DNA of 52,801 bases from a virus (lineage: Duplodnaviria; Caudoviricetes): positions 1-52,801 of the IMG/VR virus record IMGVR_UViG_3300021600_000007. One strand, given 5' to 3'. A program made the position numbers and the translations under genes. Below the pieces are notes generated by a model, which was given only the letters and a program-made list of their open reading frames with translations, was not told the origin of the DNA and did no database searches. Below are positions 9,743-17,999 of the stretch, in pieces. The first letter of the stretch is position 1. Every line of letters starts with the position of its first letter.

Positions 9743-10603
9743 TTAAATTTTTTCACCTTTTTTAATAACACCGTCAATTCTATTTTTGTGGTGATAATCT
9801 TCACCGATGGTTTCTTTGATACTCTCTTTTATTGTTTGAACTACTTCTCGTCGTCTATGGTGAGGGTCGTTAAGAGTTGCTTTTACTCCATTTTGAATGA
9901 TATCATCCAATCTCTCATCACCATCCTCCCAATCACCATATTCGGTATGTTTCACACCATTATCAATAACCTCTTCAACATCAAATTGGTCTGACCAATC
10001 ATATTCTTTAGGTAGAATATCAGAATAAGTGTTTTTAATACCCTTTTGAATGATTTTTTCAACTGATTTGGTTAACTTCATATCATGACAACAGGTCTCT
10101 TTGATACCATTTTCGATAACATCTTCAATAACACAAGAACCATCAATTTGTAGAGAGCCGTTGGTTAATTTTACCCCATTTTCAATGGTGTTTTCAATAA
10201 AATAATCACGATTATTAGGTGCACCAAGTTTAGTATCTTTTACACCATTCTCTATGGCATCTTCAACCTTTGTACCTAAAAGTTGCGGTTCGTGCCAACT
10301 TGTGTACTTCACCCCATTTTGTATTATGTTTTCAACATCTTGCACGGGCATGTTTCCGAATTTGTTGATTTCCTTCACCCCATTTTGAATGGTGTCTTCA
10401 ACCCTTTCCTGAGAATTAAGACTTTTTGAATCCTCGGTGTGTTTCACCCCATTTTTAATGGTGTCTTCAACATCCTCCGACGACAAATATGGACCACTAC
10501 TGGTGTGCTTCACCCCATTTATAATGGTATCTTCAACAATGCCACCATATCTCCGGTGTAGGAGGTTGGTGTGTTTCACCTTATTTATAACATTATCCTC
10601 AAC
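9743..10603 (-). repeat. CRISPR-like in-frame array A (13 x 36-nt repeat, 12 spacers of 30/33/48 nt)
   Basis: repeat left ends on + strand at 10568,10502,10436,10367,10301,10232,10163,10094,10028,9944,9875,9809,9743; coding consensus GTTGAAGACACCATTCAAAATGGGGTGAAACACACC. Confidence 0.85.
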
Positions 10604-10822
10604 CCATTTGGTAATGTAGTGTTGATTTTCAACAACATCCATTGAAAGGTACATCATTAAGTCTTTAAAGAAATTATAGTTATACCATAGGGTACCGTCT
10701 TTTGTGAGTTCGATTACCCATTTTTTACTTTCCGTAAATATAAGCCATGTGGAGTCTTTGGTTTTATATGTATCGACTCCTTCGACGGCATCATTAATCA
10801 TTCTATTAACAACCTTCTCCAT
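9743..10822 (-). CDS. repeat protein A: conserved N-domain + 13 VEDTIxNGVKHT repeats with variable spacers
   Basis: 359 aa ORF, paralog of 12826-13887. Confidence 0.8.
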   Translation of the reverse strand: MEKVVNRMINDAVEGVDTYKTKDSTWLIFTESKKWVIELTKDGTLWYNYNFFKDLMMYLSMDVVENQHYITKWVEDNVINKVKHTNLLHRRYGGIVEDTIINGVKHTSSGPYLSSEDVEDTIKNGVKHTEDSKSLNSQERVEDTIQNGVKEINKFGNMPVQDVENIIQNGVKYTSWHEPQLLGTKVEDAIENGVKDTKLGAPNNRDYFIENTIENGVKLTNGSLQIDGSCVIEDVIENGIKETCCHDMKLTKSVEKIIQKGIKNTYSDILPKEYDWSDQFDVEEVIDNGVKHTEYGDWEDGDERLDDIIQNGVKATLNDPHHRRREVVQTIKESIKETIGEDYHHKNRIDGVIKKGEKI

Positions 10823-10864
10823 TTTACAATTATAGAGAATAATATCATAACAAACAATACCTTA

Positions 10865-11050
10865 TTATTTTTTTCCTTTGGGAATGATTCTAAATGCGAG
10901 AACTCTCTTACCATTAACGGTTGGCATTCCGTATTCGTCTTTACCAATACTCTTAACGGTTGTTTTTTTGTTTTTAAATCTACCTGTATAGATGGTGTCC
11001 CCAATCTTTAATGGGACATATATTCCGTCAATTCTATTATTGTCTTCCAT
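10865..11050 (-). CDS. small hypothetical phage protein (SH3/KOW-like)
   Basis: LKIGDTIYTGRFKNK..V..IGKD..G.PTVNG. Confidence 0.65.
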   Translation of the reverse strand: MEDNNRIDGIYVPLKIGDTIYTGRFKNKKTTVKSIGKDEYGMPTVNGKRVLAFRIIPKGKK

Positions 11051-11371
11051 TTATTCTATAGTTTCTTCTTCCATACAGTTGTCGGATTGGTTAAGTAAAA
11101 CCGTTGGTCTAACCCCAATGAAGTTTTCAATATAGTTGGCAAGTCTATGTTCGGTTTGATTACCATGATAAGTTGGTGTTATGACTAGCACAATATATTC
11201 GTCTGTTTTATCTATTGGCATTTTAACTGCCACAACATCACAAATAGGACCTTTAATAAAATTAAAAACAAGTTCTTCCATCATTTGACCTAACTGACCT
11301 CTATCAATATTTTCTTTATTGAATTTTTTGGTCATGGTCCTTAATTGTTGTTCAGTTATAATATATTTCAT
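11051..11371 (-). CDS. hypothetical protein with MKYIITEQQL tag
   Basis: ORF in operon, ATG 11371. Confidence 0.7.
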   Translation of the reverse strand: MKYIITEQQLRTMTKKFNKENIDRGQLGQMMEELVFNFIKGPICDVVAVKMPIDKTDEYIVLVITPTYHGNQTEHRLANYIENFIGVRPTVLLNQSDNCMEEETIE

Positions 11372-11943
11372 CAATTGTTTTCCCTGTCTTTAATATCAAA
11401 ATAGAAAACATCAAGGTCTCTACCATTTTCAAGTTGTCGTATCACATCTTGTCTTTTAAATAAAGTGTGAGCCACAATATAATCAATCATTTCATCATCT
11501 GTTATTCCCTCAGGTCTAACAGGTTCATCTTTGCAACGGGATTCTCTTTCAACAGAGCCAATTTCATCAATATTTAATCCTGATTCATTAACCAACTCTT
11601 CAAATTTTGGAACCATAAATTCATCATACCATTCTTCAATAACATGAAGAGCATACGATTCTTTAACACTGAATATGTTTTTGATTTTATTAACAAAATT
11701 GTTAGTCACAATTAAATGTCCCGATTCAAACTTACCGTCTTCAAAGTAATAAATTGCGGTTATTGAATTAACATTATCAATACACCAATCTTCACTAAGA
11801 TTTCCAAAATTGTTGTTTTTTGTTCTGAAAGTTCTTTTACCCTCCGAAATAAGAAGATTTAAATATTTAACAATCCCATTCTGTAAAGCAAGACTACTTC
11901 TATTGAATCGATTGAATTGTTCTTCTGTAATTATTATTCTCAT
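11371..11943 (-). CDS. hypothetical protein with MRIIITEEQF tag
   Basis: 190 aa ORF. Confidence 0.7.
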   Translation of the reverse strand: MRIIITEEQFNRFNRSSLALQNGIVKYLNLLISEGKRTFRTKNNNFGNLSEDWCIDNVNSITAIYYFEDGKFESGHLIVTNNFVNKIKNIFSVKESYALHVIEEWYDEFMVPKFEELVNESGLNIDEIGSVERESRCKDEPVRPEGITDDEMIDYIVAHTLFKRQDVIRQLENGRDLDVFYFDIKDRENN

Positions 11944-12236
11944 TTTTTCTTGTTAACTTTATTAAAACCTTTTCTAATTTTATTATTAAATTGTCCCGAT
12001 ATTAACATCATAAATTTGTGACTTGGGACTTCAATATTTGGATTATTATCTTCAAAATCACCTTCAATTCTATTTATTAACCATCTTTCATAAACACCAA
12101 AATTATCAGGTCTATTACCTGGCCCACCACCTTTTATATCATCATTTAATTCTTTAATATTAGTGTCAAGAATTTGTTCTAACTCACTTAATCTTCTTAA
12201 TAAGGCCATTTGAGATTCCGATAATATTATTCTCAT
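11940..12236 (-). CDS. hypothetical protein with MRIILSESQM tag
   Basis: 98 aa ORF; GTATTTATA upstream. Confidence 0.7.
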   Translation of the reverse strand: MRIILSESQMALLRRLSELEQILDTNIKELNDDIKGGGPGNRPDNFGVYERWLINRIEGDFEDNNPNIEVPSHKFMMLISGQFNNKIRKGFNKVNKKK

Positions 12237-12284
12237 AACTTATAAATACTTTGGTAGTATAAAGATTTTATGTATCTTTGTAAA

Positions 12285-12815
12285 ATGATACACCCTAAAC
12301 AAGTTTTGAAATTATTTGATGAGTTGAAGCCATTCCTTTATGGTCAGTCAATCAACGATAAAAATAATTTAATGGACGTAACATTGACATATACCAATCG
12401 TGGTCAATATGAGCTTAGGTATTTGATTCATCATCAATATAATAATAACATTATATTATATGAGGCAATTGTTGATTCCACCGAAAACTTAAACGAATGG
12501 TACGATTTTTCTCAACATGGTGATGATTTCAGGGTTATCATAGATTTTCATGAGGGTAATAGTAAAACTCATTTCAATTATAATTTCTTTGAGTTGATTT
12601 GGGAGATTGAAGAAACCAAGTATTCTCATATTGTTGGTTATGGTAATGACTCTAAACAATTATTGAGTCGAGACAAATCAAGATATAAAAGATACCGTGA
12701 ATGGAGAGTCGAACATCAGGAAAAGTTATCTCGTTTAATTGAACAAAAAAAACAAGAGTCAAATAAATTCCAAAAAAGTTTTTTGACAAGATTTAAAGAA
12801 AAATTATTCCACTAA
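12285..12815 (+). CDS. hypothetical protein
   Basis: ORF; ATG 12285 after TATCTTTG (12273-12280). Confidence 0.7.
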   Translation: MIHPKQVLKLFDELKPFLYGQSINDKNNLMDVTLTYTNRGQYELRYLIHHQYNNNIILYEAIVDSTENLNEWYDFSQHGDDFRVIIDFHEGNSKTHFNYNFFELIWEIEETKYSHIVGYGNDSKQLLSRDKSRYKRYREWRVEHQEKLSRLIEQKKQESNKFQKSFLTRFKEKLFH

Positions 12816-12825
12816 TAAATAAATT

Positions 12826-13887
12826 ATGAATGACAGATTAGAAAAAATATTGTTTATCATGTTTGATGAGTTAATCGAAGGTGTTGACCAATACAACCAT
12901 CAAGGTAGTTTATGGTTGATATTAACCGATGAAAGAAAATGGATTCTTGAGTTCACGAAAACGAAAACTTTATGGTACAACTATACCATATTCAAAGAAA
13001 GGATGAGTTTTGCAGCCATGGATTGTGTTGAAAATAAAGAGTATATAACCAAATGGTTTGAAAGTAGATTTTTGAATAAACCAAAGGCTCAGGACACTTG
13101 GTTTAAACGTAGTGATACGTCAAATCAAATTGAAGACACCATTCAAAATGGGGTGAAACACACCAACCAAGGAATTTTAAACATCATGGAGGCTGTTGAA
13201 GACACCATTCAAAATGGGGTGAGACACACCAGTAGTGGTCCATATTTGTCGTCGGAGGATGTTGAATACACCATTCAAAATGGGGTGAAACATACCGTTC
13301 CAGATGCATCAACAATCGGATATGCGGTTGAAGACGCCATTCAAAATGGGGTAAAACACACTCAACAACAACATAAACGTTCGAAGTTCACGATTGAAGA
13401 CACCATTCAAAATGGGGTAAAGAAAACCGATTTTAATATGTATCGTGACAACAATGCCGTTGAAGACACCATTCAAAATGGAGTGAAGGACACCCTCCTT
13501 TGGTTGAATACCAGAACTACTGTAGTTGAAGGAGCGATTCAAAATGGTGTGAAACAAACAAAACGTAGTTATGAAGGTTCAAGAAAACAGAGAACAAATT
13601 ACGTCATTGAAAATGGGGTAAGACATACAATGTGGAGTAACGATGATGACGATGTTGAAGATGCCATTGAAAATGGGGTGAAACTCACCTCTTGTGCAAA
13701 TTCAAACACAGATTCAAAAATTGAAGAAACAATTGAGAATGGTGTGAAACTAACCTTAGGTGAACGGATGAATCGGGATTATTCTGTTAAAGATATCGTT
13801 GAAAATGGGGTAAAGGATATTCGAAGTTATTGTGATAGGGATAAAAAAATAATTGAGGGTATCACTAAAAATGGAGTTAAGAACTAA
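12826..13887 (+). CDS. repeat protein B: conserved N-domain + 12 VEDTIQNGVKHT repeats with variable spacers
   Basis: 353 aa ORF, paralog of 9743-10822 (shared EGVD.Y....WLI.T...KW..E.TK..TLWYNY..FK...YITKW). Confidence 0.8.
   Translation: MNDRLEKILFIMFDELIEGVDQYNHQGSLWLILTDERKWILEFTKTKTLWYNYTIFKERMSFAAMDCVENKEYITKWFESRFLNKPKAQDTWFKRSDTSNQIEDTIQNGVKHTNQGILNIMEAVEDTIQNGVRHTSSGPYLSSEDVEYTIQNGVKHTVPDASTIGYAVEDAIQNGVKHTQQQHKRSKFTIEDTIQNGVKKTDFNMYRDNNAVEDTIQNGVKDTLLWLNTRTTVVEGAIQNGVKQTKRSYEGSRKQRTNYVIENGVRHTMWSNDDDDVEDAIENGVKLTSCANSNTDSKIEETIENGVKLTLGERMNRDYSVKDIVENGVKDIRSYCDRDKKIIEGITKNGVKN
13129..13887 (+). repeat. CRISPR-like in-frame array B (12 x 36-nt repeat, 11 spacers: nine 30 nt, one 33, one 24)
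   Basis: repeat starts 13129,13195,13261,13327,13393,13459,13525,13594,13654,13720,13786,13852. Confidence 0.88.
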
Positions 13888-13910
13888 TAAATTTTTATTA
13901 TCTTTGTAAA

Positions 13911-14588
13911 ATGATAGACAATTTAGAAATAATCAAACCACTTTTGAACTTCACTGATGCAGGTGACTTCTACATGCTTTATGTGTTCAAAAGAAAGAAA
14001 GACCAACCTGAAGATGAAAAAGACAATCATCAATCTGTAAGGACTATTAAGACCTATTGTATTGAAAGTATTGACCACCTTGAACGTAGATATGATGAGA
14101 TTAAACAACTTTGTGAGATGTTTAAGGCTCGTGCTTATATCCATGTCCAAAAACAAAATCACTTTGATGTTTCATTAAATATGATGGTTGAGTTGGCACA
14201 AAGAATTCAAAGCGGACAACACAATCAAAAAGGTTTATTTGATTCAGTTGTTGGTCAAATAAAAACCACAGAGAAAAGATGGATTGTTGATGTTGACATG
14301 AAAGATGAGGACGCATTAATGAAAATTATGAAACTCATTAATAATGGTTGCAAACCGTTGGATGTAGTGAATGAAACTCATTTACATAAGTCTGATGGTT
14401 CTGTGGAAGTGACTTATGATTATGACCCAAAAGTAATTGAGGTTATTCCAACTAAAAGTGGATATCATTTAATCACTAAACGATTTGATGTTATGACCTT
14501 TAACAAGATTATGTCTTTACAAGGTGATGTACCAGAAATACAAAAGAAGAACCCAACTTTATTATTTTACCCCAACTCTTTAGATTAA
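13911..14588 (+). CDS. conserved phage protein, possible AEP (primase-polymerase)-like fold
   Basis: WIVDVD (DxD) and PTKSGYHL motifs; TATCTTTG promoter. Confidence 0.5.
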   Translation: MIDNLEIIKPLLNFTDAGDFYMLYVFKRKKDQPEDEKDNHQSVRTIKTYCIESIDHLERRYDEIKQLCEMFKARAYIHVQKQNHFDVSLNMMVELAQRIQSGQHNQKGLFDSVVGQIKTTEKRWIVDVDMKDEDALMKIMKLINNGCKPLDVVNETHLHKSDGSVEVTYDYDPKVIEVIPTKSGYHLITKRFDVMTFNKIMSLQGDVPEIQKKNPTLLFYPNSLD

Positions 14589-14591
14589 GAT

Positions 14592-14951
14592 ATGAAAATT
14601 AATAGAGAAGAGGTTTATAATAAATGTGTCGGACATTGTGCGTATTGTGGTAATGATATTACAATAAAACAAATGCAAATCGACCATAAAGAACCTTTAT
14701 TTAGAAATCATACAGATAAACAATTGGAACACTATAAAAGGGAAAGAGGTACCAATGATATGGATAACCTCTTACCTTCTTGTGGAAGATGTAATAAATG
14801 GAAGAGTACATTCACTGTTGAGGCATTCAGAAAGATTGTAGGAACGTCTTTAGTTAGGTTAGAACGAGACACACCAAACTATAGGTTGGCTCGAGATTTT
14901 GGATTACTAACTGAAAATAATATTGATGTTGTATTTTATTTCGAGAGATAA
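14592..14951 (+). CDS. HNH endonuclease
   Basis: CAYCG..QIDHKEP..NLLPSCGRCNKWK. Confidence 0.9.
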   Translation: MKINREEVYNKCVGHCAYCGNDITIKQMQIDHKEPLFRNHTDKQLEHYKRERGTNDMDNLLPSCGRCNKWKSTFTVEAFRKIVGTSLVRLERDTPNYRLARDFGLLTENNIDVVFYFER

Positions 14952-14953
14952 TT

Positions 14954-14981
14954 AAAAACCCCCACATTTCTGTGAGGGTTT
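14954..14981 (-). terminator. intrinsic terminator (recurrent family), between convergent genes
   Basis: AAAAACCCCCACATTTCTGTGAGGGTTT. Confidence 0.75.
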
Positions 14982-14987
14982 CTTTTC

Positions 14988-15809
14988 TTATTTAAGTAAG
15001 TTGTAATACTCTTTGAAGTGTTTGATTCTATCTACCAATCCAATAGTTCCACCATTCACTCGTTTTGTAACCGCAGTTACCGTAATATCATCCGCTCCTT
15101 TATCACAGATTTCCCATAACTTATTTGAGTTAAAGAAAAATGCTGCAGAAGCTAATGGGTATTTTGTTGCAACCAAATCAGGATTAGCAACAGTATCTTC
15201 ACCAATGAACTTAGCGAAGTTTGTGTAGTTTGCTTTACCTGTCAATTGGATGTAACCTCTACCTCTAAATTTAAAACCTTCTTTAGTTGCTTCATCACCG
15301 TTACCCATTCTACCACCATATACTTTGGAAGCGATTTTCTCAGGGTTTCTTGCGTATGACTCAGCAAGATTACCAGGGAAATACTTAGGAAAGATTTTCT
15401 TCAATCCATCTGCAGAATAACTTAAGTTTTCTGACACAGCTTTAAATCCACCTGACTCATGACTGCATTGAGCCAAGAAGTGAGCCAATCTTAAATTGTT
15501 TGTAATATTGAACTTTGCAGCAGTTTCAGGAATTTGAGCAATAACCAAATCAGGAACATGTCCTTTTAATTTCTCTATGTTTAATGTACCTGTCTTAGGA
15601 ATTACCACATCTTCTTTAATTGGTTGAACTGAAAACATTTTTTCCCAAGTTATATCACCAACAATACCGTCATCCTTTAAACCATTTTCTTTTTGCCATT
15701 TTTTAACCACAATATCGGTTTTGTCTCCAAAGTCACCATCATCTTTTAATCCTAAGAACTTCTGTAGTTTTTTAACATCTTCACCTGTTGAACCTTTTTT
15801 TAATAACAT
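14988..15809 (-). CDS. endolysin: peptidoglycan-binding domain + GH19 lysozyme/chitinase-like domain
   Basis: LKKGSTGEDVKKLQ..DG.FG..T..WQ..DGIVG; FLAQCSHESGGF, FRGRGYIQLTG..NY, VTKRVNGG. Confidence 0.92.
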   Translation of the reverse strand: MLLKKGSTGEDVKKLQKFLGLKDDGDFGDKTDIVVKKWQKENGLKDDGIVGDITWEKMFSVQPIKEDVVIPKTGTLNIEKLKGHVPDLVIAQIPETAAKFNITNNLRLAHFLAQCSHESGGFKAVSENLSYSADGLKKIFPKYFPGNLAESYARNPEKIASKVYGGRMGNGDEATKEGFKFRGRGYIQLTGKANYTNFAKFIGEDTVANPDLVATKYPLASAAFFFNSNKLWEICDKGADDITVTAVTKRVNGGTIGLVDRIKHFKEYYNLLK

Positions 15810-15885
15810 AATTTAATTTTTATTTTAATTTATTTAACTATAAATACTCTTTGATTAAGAGATTTTTTTAATTACCTTTGTTATT

Positions 15886-16092
15886 ATGACAGAAGAAGAA
15901 TTTGACAATTGGAAGGCGGTTGATTACCGAATGAGAGAAGAAGGGATTGGCTATTGTTTTGAACATTACAGTTCATTCAAGGAAATTGAAGATGAAGAAT
16001 TCCACAAATTGAGATTGGAGTTCTTAGAGAGTATGAAAAAAATACGTGAATACGTTAAAGATAAAGTTGAAAGTTATGAAGAAGAGTATTAA
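15886..16092 (+). CDS. hypothetical protein
   Basis: 68 aa ORF after TACCTTTG. Confidence 0.65.
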   Translation: MTEEEFDNWKAVDYRMREEGIGYCFEHYSSFKEIEDEEFHKLRLEFLESMKKIREYVKDKVESYEEEY

Positions 16093-16330
16093 TATATTAT
16101 TGGTTTTAGGTTTAATCTCGTCTTGTACCATCAAACCTGATGTCCTTGAAACCAAAATAAAATTTGTGATTGATTCTGTTGAGTATCATGGAATTGGTCA
16201 GGACAATTCATTGCAGACAACTCCTTATTGGAATATACATTTAAAAGAAAAGAATTTGTGGACGAGAGTTATTAAACGTCAGGAGGTTGGAGATACTGTA
16301 GAATTTACAATTTATAAATCACAATATTAA
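16076..16330 (+). CDS. putative lipoprotein
   Basis: MKKSINILLVLGLISSC lipobox-like signal. Confidence 0.6.
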   Translation: MKKSINILLVLGLISSCTIKPDVLETKIKFVIDSVEYHGIGQDNSLQTTPYWNIHLKEKNLWTRVIKRQEVGDTVEFTIYKSQY

Positions 16331-16731
16331 TCCTGTTCGTAAATTACATTACTGTATTGGGGATTTTCTTTATCAAATTTTTTAACGAGAATTCCCGATA
16401 AAGTATTTGCCATGTTTTCTTCAGGACCACCAATGTCCTGTATTTTATCGGTATCTTTAAGTCCCATCTTTTGATGCTGGTATTCATGAACCCATTCGTG
16501 TGCAATGGTTCTAAAAATATCAATTAATAATCTTTTGTGTGCTAAAACAAATATCTTGTGACCAGGCATTCTAACACCTGTAGTCATCTTTATATCTCTA
16601 TTACCTGTGAACGTAATGTAGACATCATCTGTAAGTGGTAATTCAGTCTGCAAGAACTTGACAAACTCTTTCGTAACTTCGATTTGTTCGGGTGTTGAGA
16701 ATTTATTAATATCTTTGAAACATGCTTTCAT
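16327..16731 (-). CDS. HExxH metallopeptidase-like protein
   Basis: RTIAHEWVHEYQ...E.MAN; GTATTTAT upstream. Confidence 0.65.
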   Translation of the reverse strand: MKACFKDINKFSTPEQIEVTKEFVKFLQTELPLTDDVYITFTGNRDIKMTTGVRMPGHKIFVLAHKRLLIDIFRTIAHEWVHEYQHQKMGLKDTDKIQDIGGPEENMANTLSGILVKKFDKENPQYSNVIYEQD

Positions 16732-16747
16732 TATTAATAAATACAAT

Positions 16748-16919
16748 AAAAAGGGTTAAGTGAAAAAAGTTGAATAAAATGTTTAAAAGAATTTTAACAT
16801 TTGAGGTATCGAAAGGTTTGACAATTTGAATACTGAAATTTGAGTACGTATCAGTTCAGGTATCAAGTTTCTAGAATGTATGTAGATAACGTATTATCCT
16901 TCCTCTTCCAACTTAACCC
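16748..16919 (-). ncRNA. candidate structured RNA / 3' element closed by long terminal stem
   Basis: 5' GGGUUAAGU-U-GGAAGAGG pairs with 3' CUUUUUUC-ACUUAACCC followed by U5; no ORF. Confidence 0.5.
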
Positions 16920-16925
16920 AATATC

Positions 16926-17366
16926 TTAAATGGATGTTGTAGCGTTATGCTCATCCAACTCCTCTTGGAGTCTTTCAATTTCTTCTTCGATTTTTAAAAC
17001 CATTTGGTCTTTTTCCAATACGCTAATTTTTGCGGTTTTGATGATTGGAGTCTCTCCACCCATTCTACTATAACGGTCAGAATATTTACCTTCAACACAA
17101 TCCAATGATTTTAAATTTGACAATTGAGATTTCAACTCAGACATACGGAAAATCTTACCGTATACAGGTCCATTTGCCAAGTGTAATTTGGTTTTTAATT
17201 CAACCAATTCTTCACTCATGGTCAACCAATTTCTCATTGATTCTACAACATCGTAAACTCGTGCTGAACCTTCCTCAACAGAATTATACATTTGAACTTT
17301 ACTGAACTCTTGGTTCATTTTTGAAGCTAATTTCTTCTTGTACTTTAATGCTTGTTTTACTTTCAT
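16926..17366 (-). CDS. coiled-coil protein, DIP1984/DUF6847-like
   Basis: MKVKQAL..KKL...LVELKTKLHLAN...LQEELDEHNATTSI pattern. Confidence 0.55.
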   Translation of the reverse strand: MKVKQALKYKKKLASKMNQEFSKVQMYNSVEEGSARVYDVVESMRNWLTMSEELVELKTKLHLANGPVYGKIFRMSELKSQLSNLKSLDCVEGKYSDRYSRMGGETPIIKTAKISVLEKDQMVLKIEEEIERLQEELDEHNATTSI

Positions 17367-17417
17367 AATCTTGTTTCTTGTTTGTATAATATAAATGTTT
17401 TATTTTAAAAGTCAAAT

Positions 17418-17756
17418 TTAATCATCTCCAGCATCCCATTCAGTCAATATAAATTCCAATTTAATGAATGTTATTTGATTGTAACGGTTCTTATATACTG
17501 CCGCCTTCAAACCACCACTTGATGACCCGTAGGCCTCGTTTAAACCCATTCTACCCGCTTCTTTAATCCCTTCAATAGCAGATTGAATTCTATCTTTAGC
17601 CGCCTCGATTAAATCGTACTTTGTTGGGATTCTATATCCTTCATATGTCATCCATCTCCAACCCATATATTCCATCATTAGTTGGCACTTATAGAAGTCG
17701 AAGTTTTGGATTACCTCATCAATTAATTCTTGTTCTTTTCTGTTAATGGTTGTCAT
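17418..17756 (-). CDS. hypothetical phage protein
   Basis: 112 aa ORF. Confidence 0.7.
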   Translation of the reverse strand: MTTINRKEQELIDEVIQNFDFYKCQLMMEYMGWRWMTYEGYRIPTKYDLIEAAKDRIQSAIEGIKEAGRMGLNEAYGSSSGGLKAAVYKNRYNQITFIKLEFILTEWDAGDD

Positions 17757-17946
17757 GTGGGTCTCCTATTTTTTTAACTCTATACTTGTATCCTGAATCA
17801 GAGTTGATTTCAAATCGAAGTCTCATCTCATCAGCCTCTTCTTTAGTGTTGAATTCTAACACGTGGTCTTCACTGTCCAAAATAATGACAGGTAATTCTT
17901 TTTCTCTGTTGGCGTCTTTCACCATCTTTATAATAATGTAACTCAT
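17743..17946 (-). CDS. hypothetical protein
   Basis: 67 aa ORF after TATATTTG. Confidence 0.65.
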   Translation of the reverse strand: MSYIIIKMVKDANREKELPVIILDSEDHVLEFNTKEEADEMRLRFEINSDSGYKYRVKKIGDPHDNH

Positions 17947-17960
17947 TTCCCAAATATAAG

Positions 17961-17993
17961 AAAAGAATCCCCACCTTTCAAGGGTGAGGATTT
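17961..17993 (-). terminator. intrinsic terminator
   Basis: AATCCTCACCC-TTGAAA-GGTGGGGATT-CTTTT on minus strand. Confidence 0.65.
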
Positions 17994-17999
17994 ACTTTT

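Noticed and set aside
9743-13887. Calling the two arrays canonical CRISPR loci
   Set aside because: No cas genes or AT-rich leader in the window. Repeats vary synonymously and lie within intact ORFs, so they are reported as CRISPR-like repeats only.
9743-13887. Diversity-generating retroelement (TR/VR pair)
   Set aside because: No reverse transcriptase in the window, and differences are not adenine-specific substitutions.
14592-14951. HNH as intron-encoded or Cas-associated nuclease for the arrays
   Set aside because: Small free-standing HNH typical of phages, with no flanking intron structure. Proximity to array B alone is not evidence.
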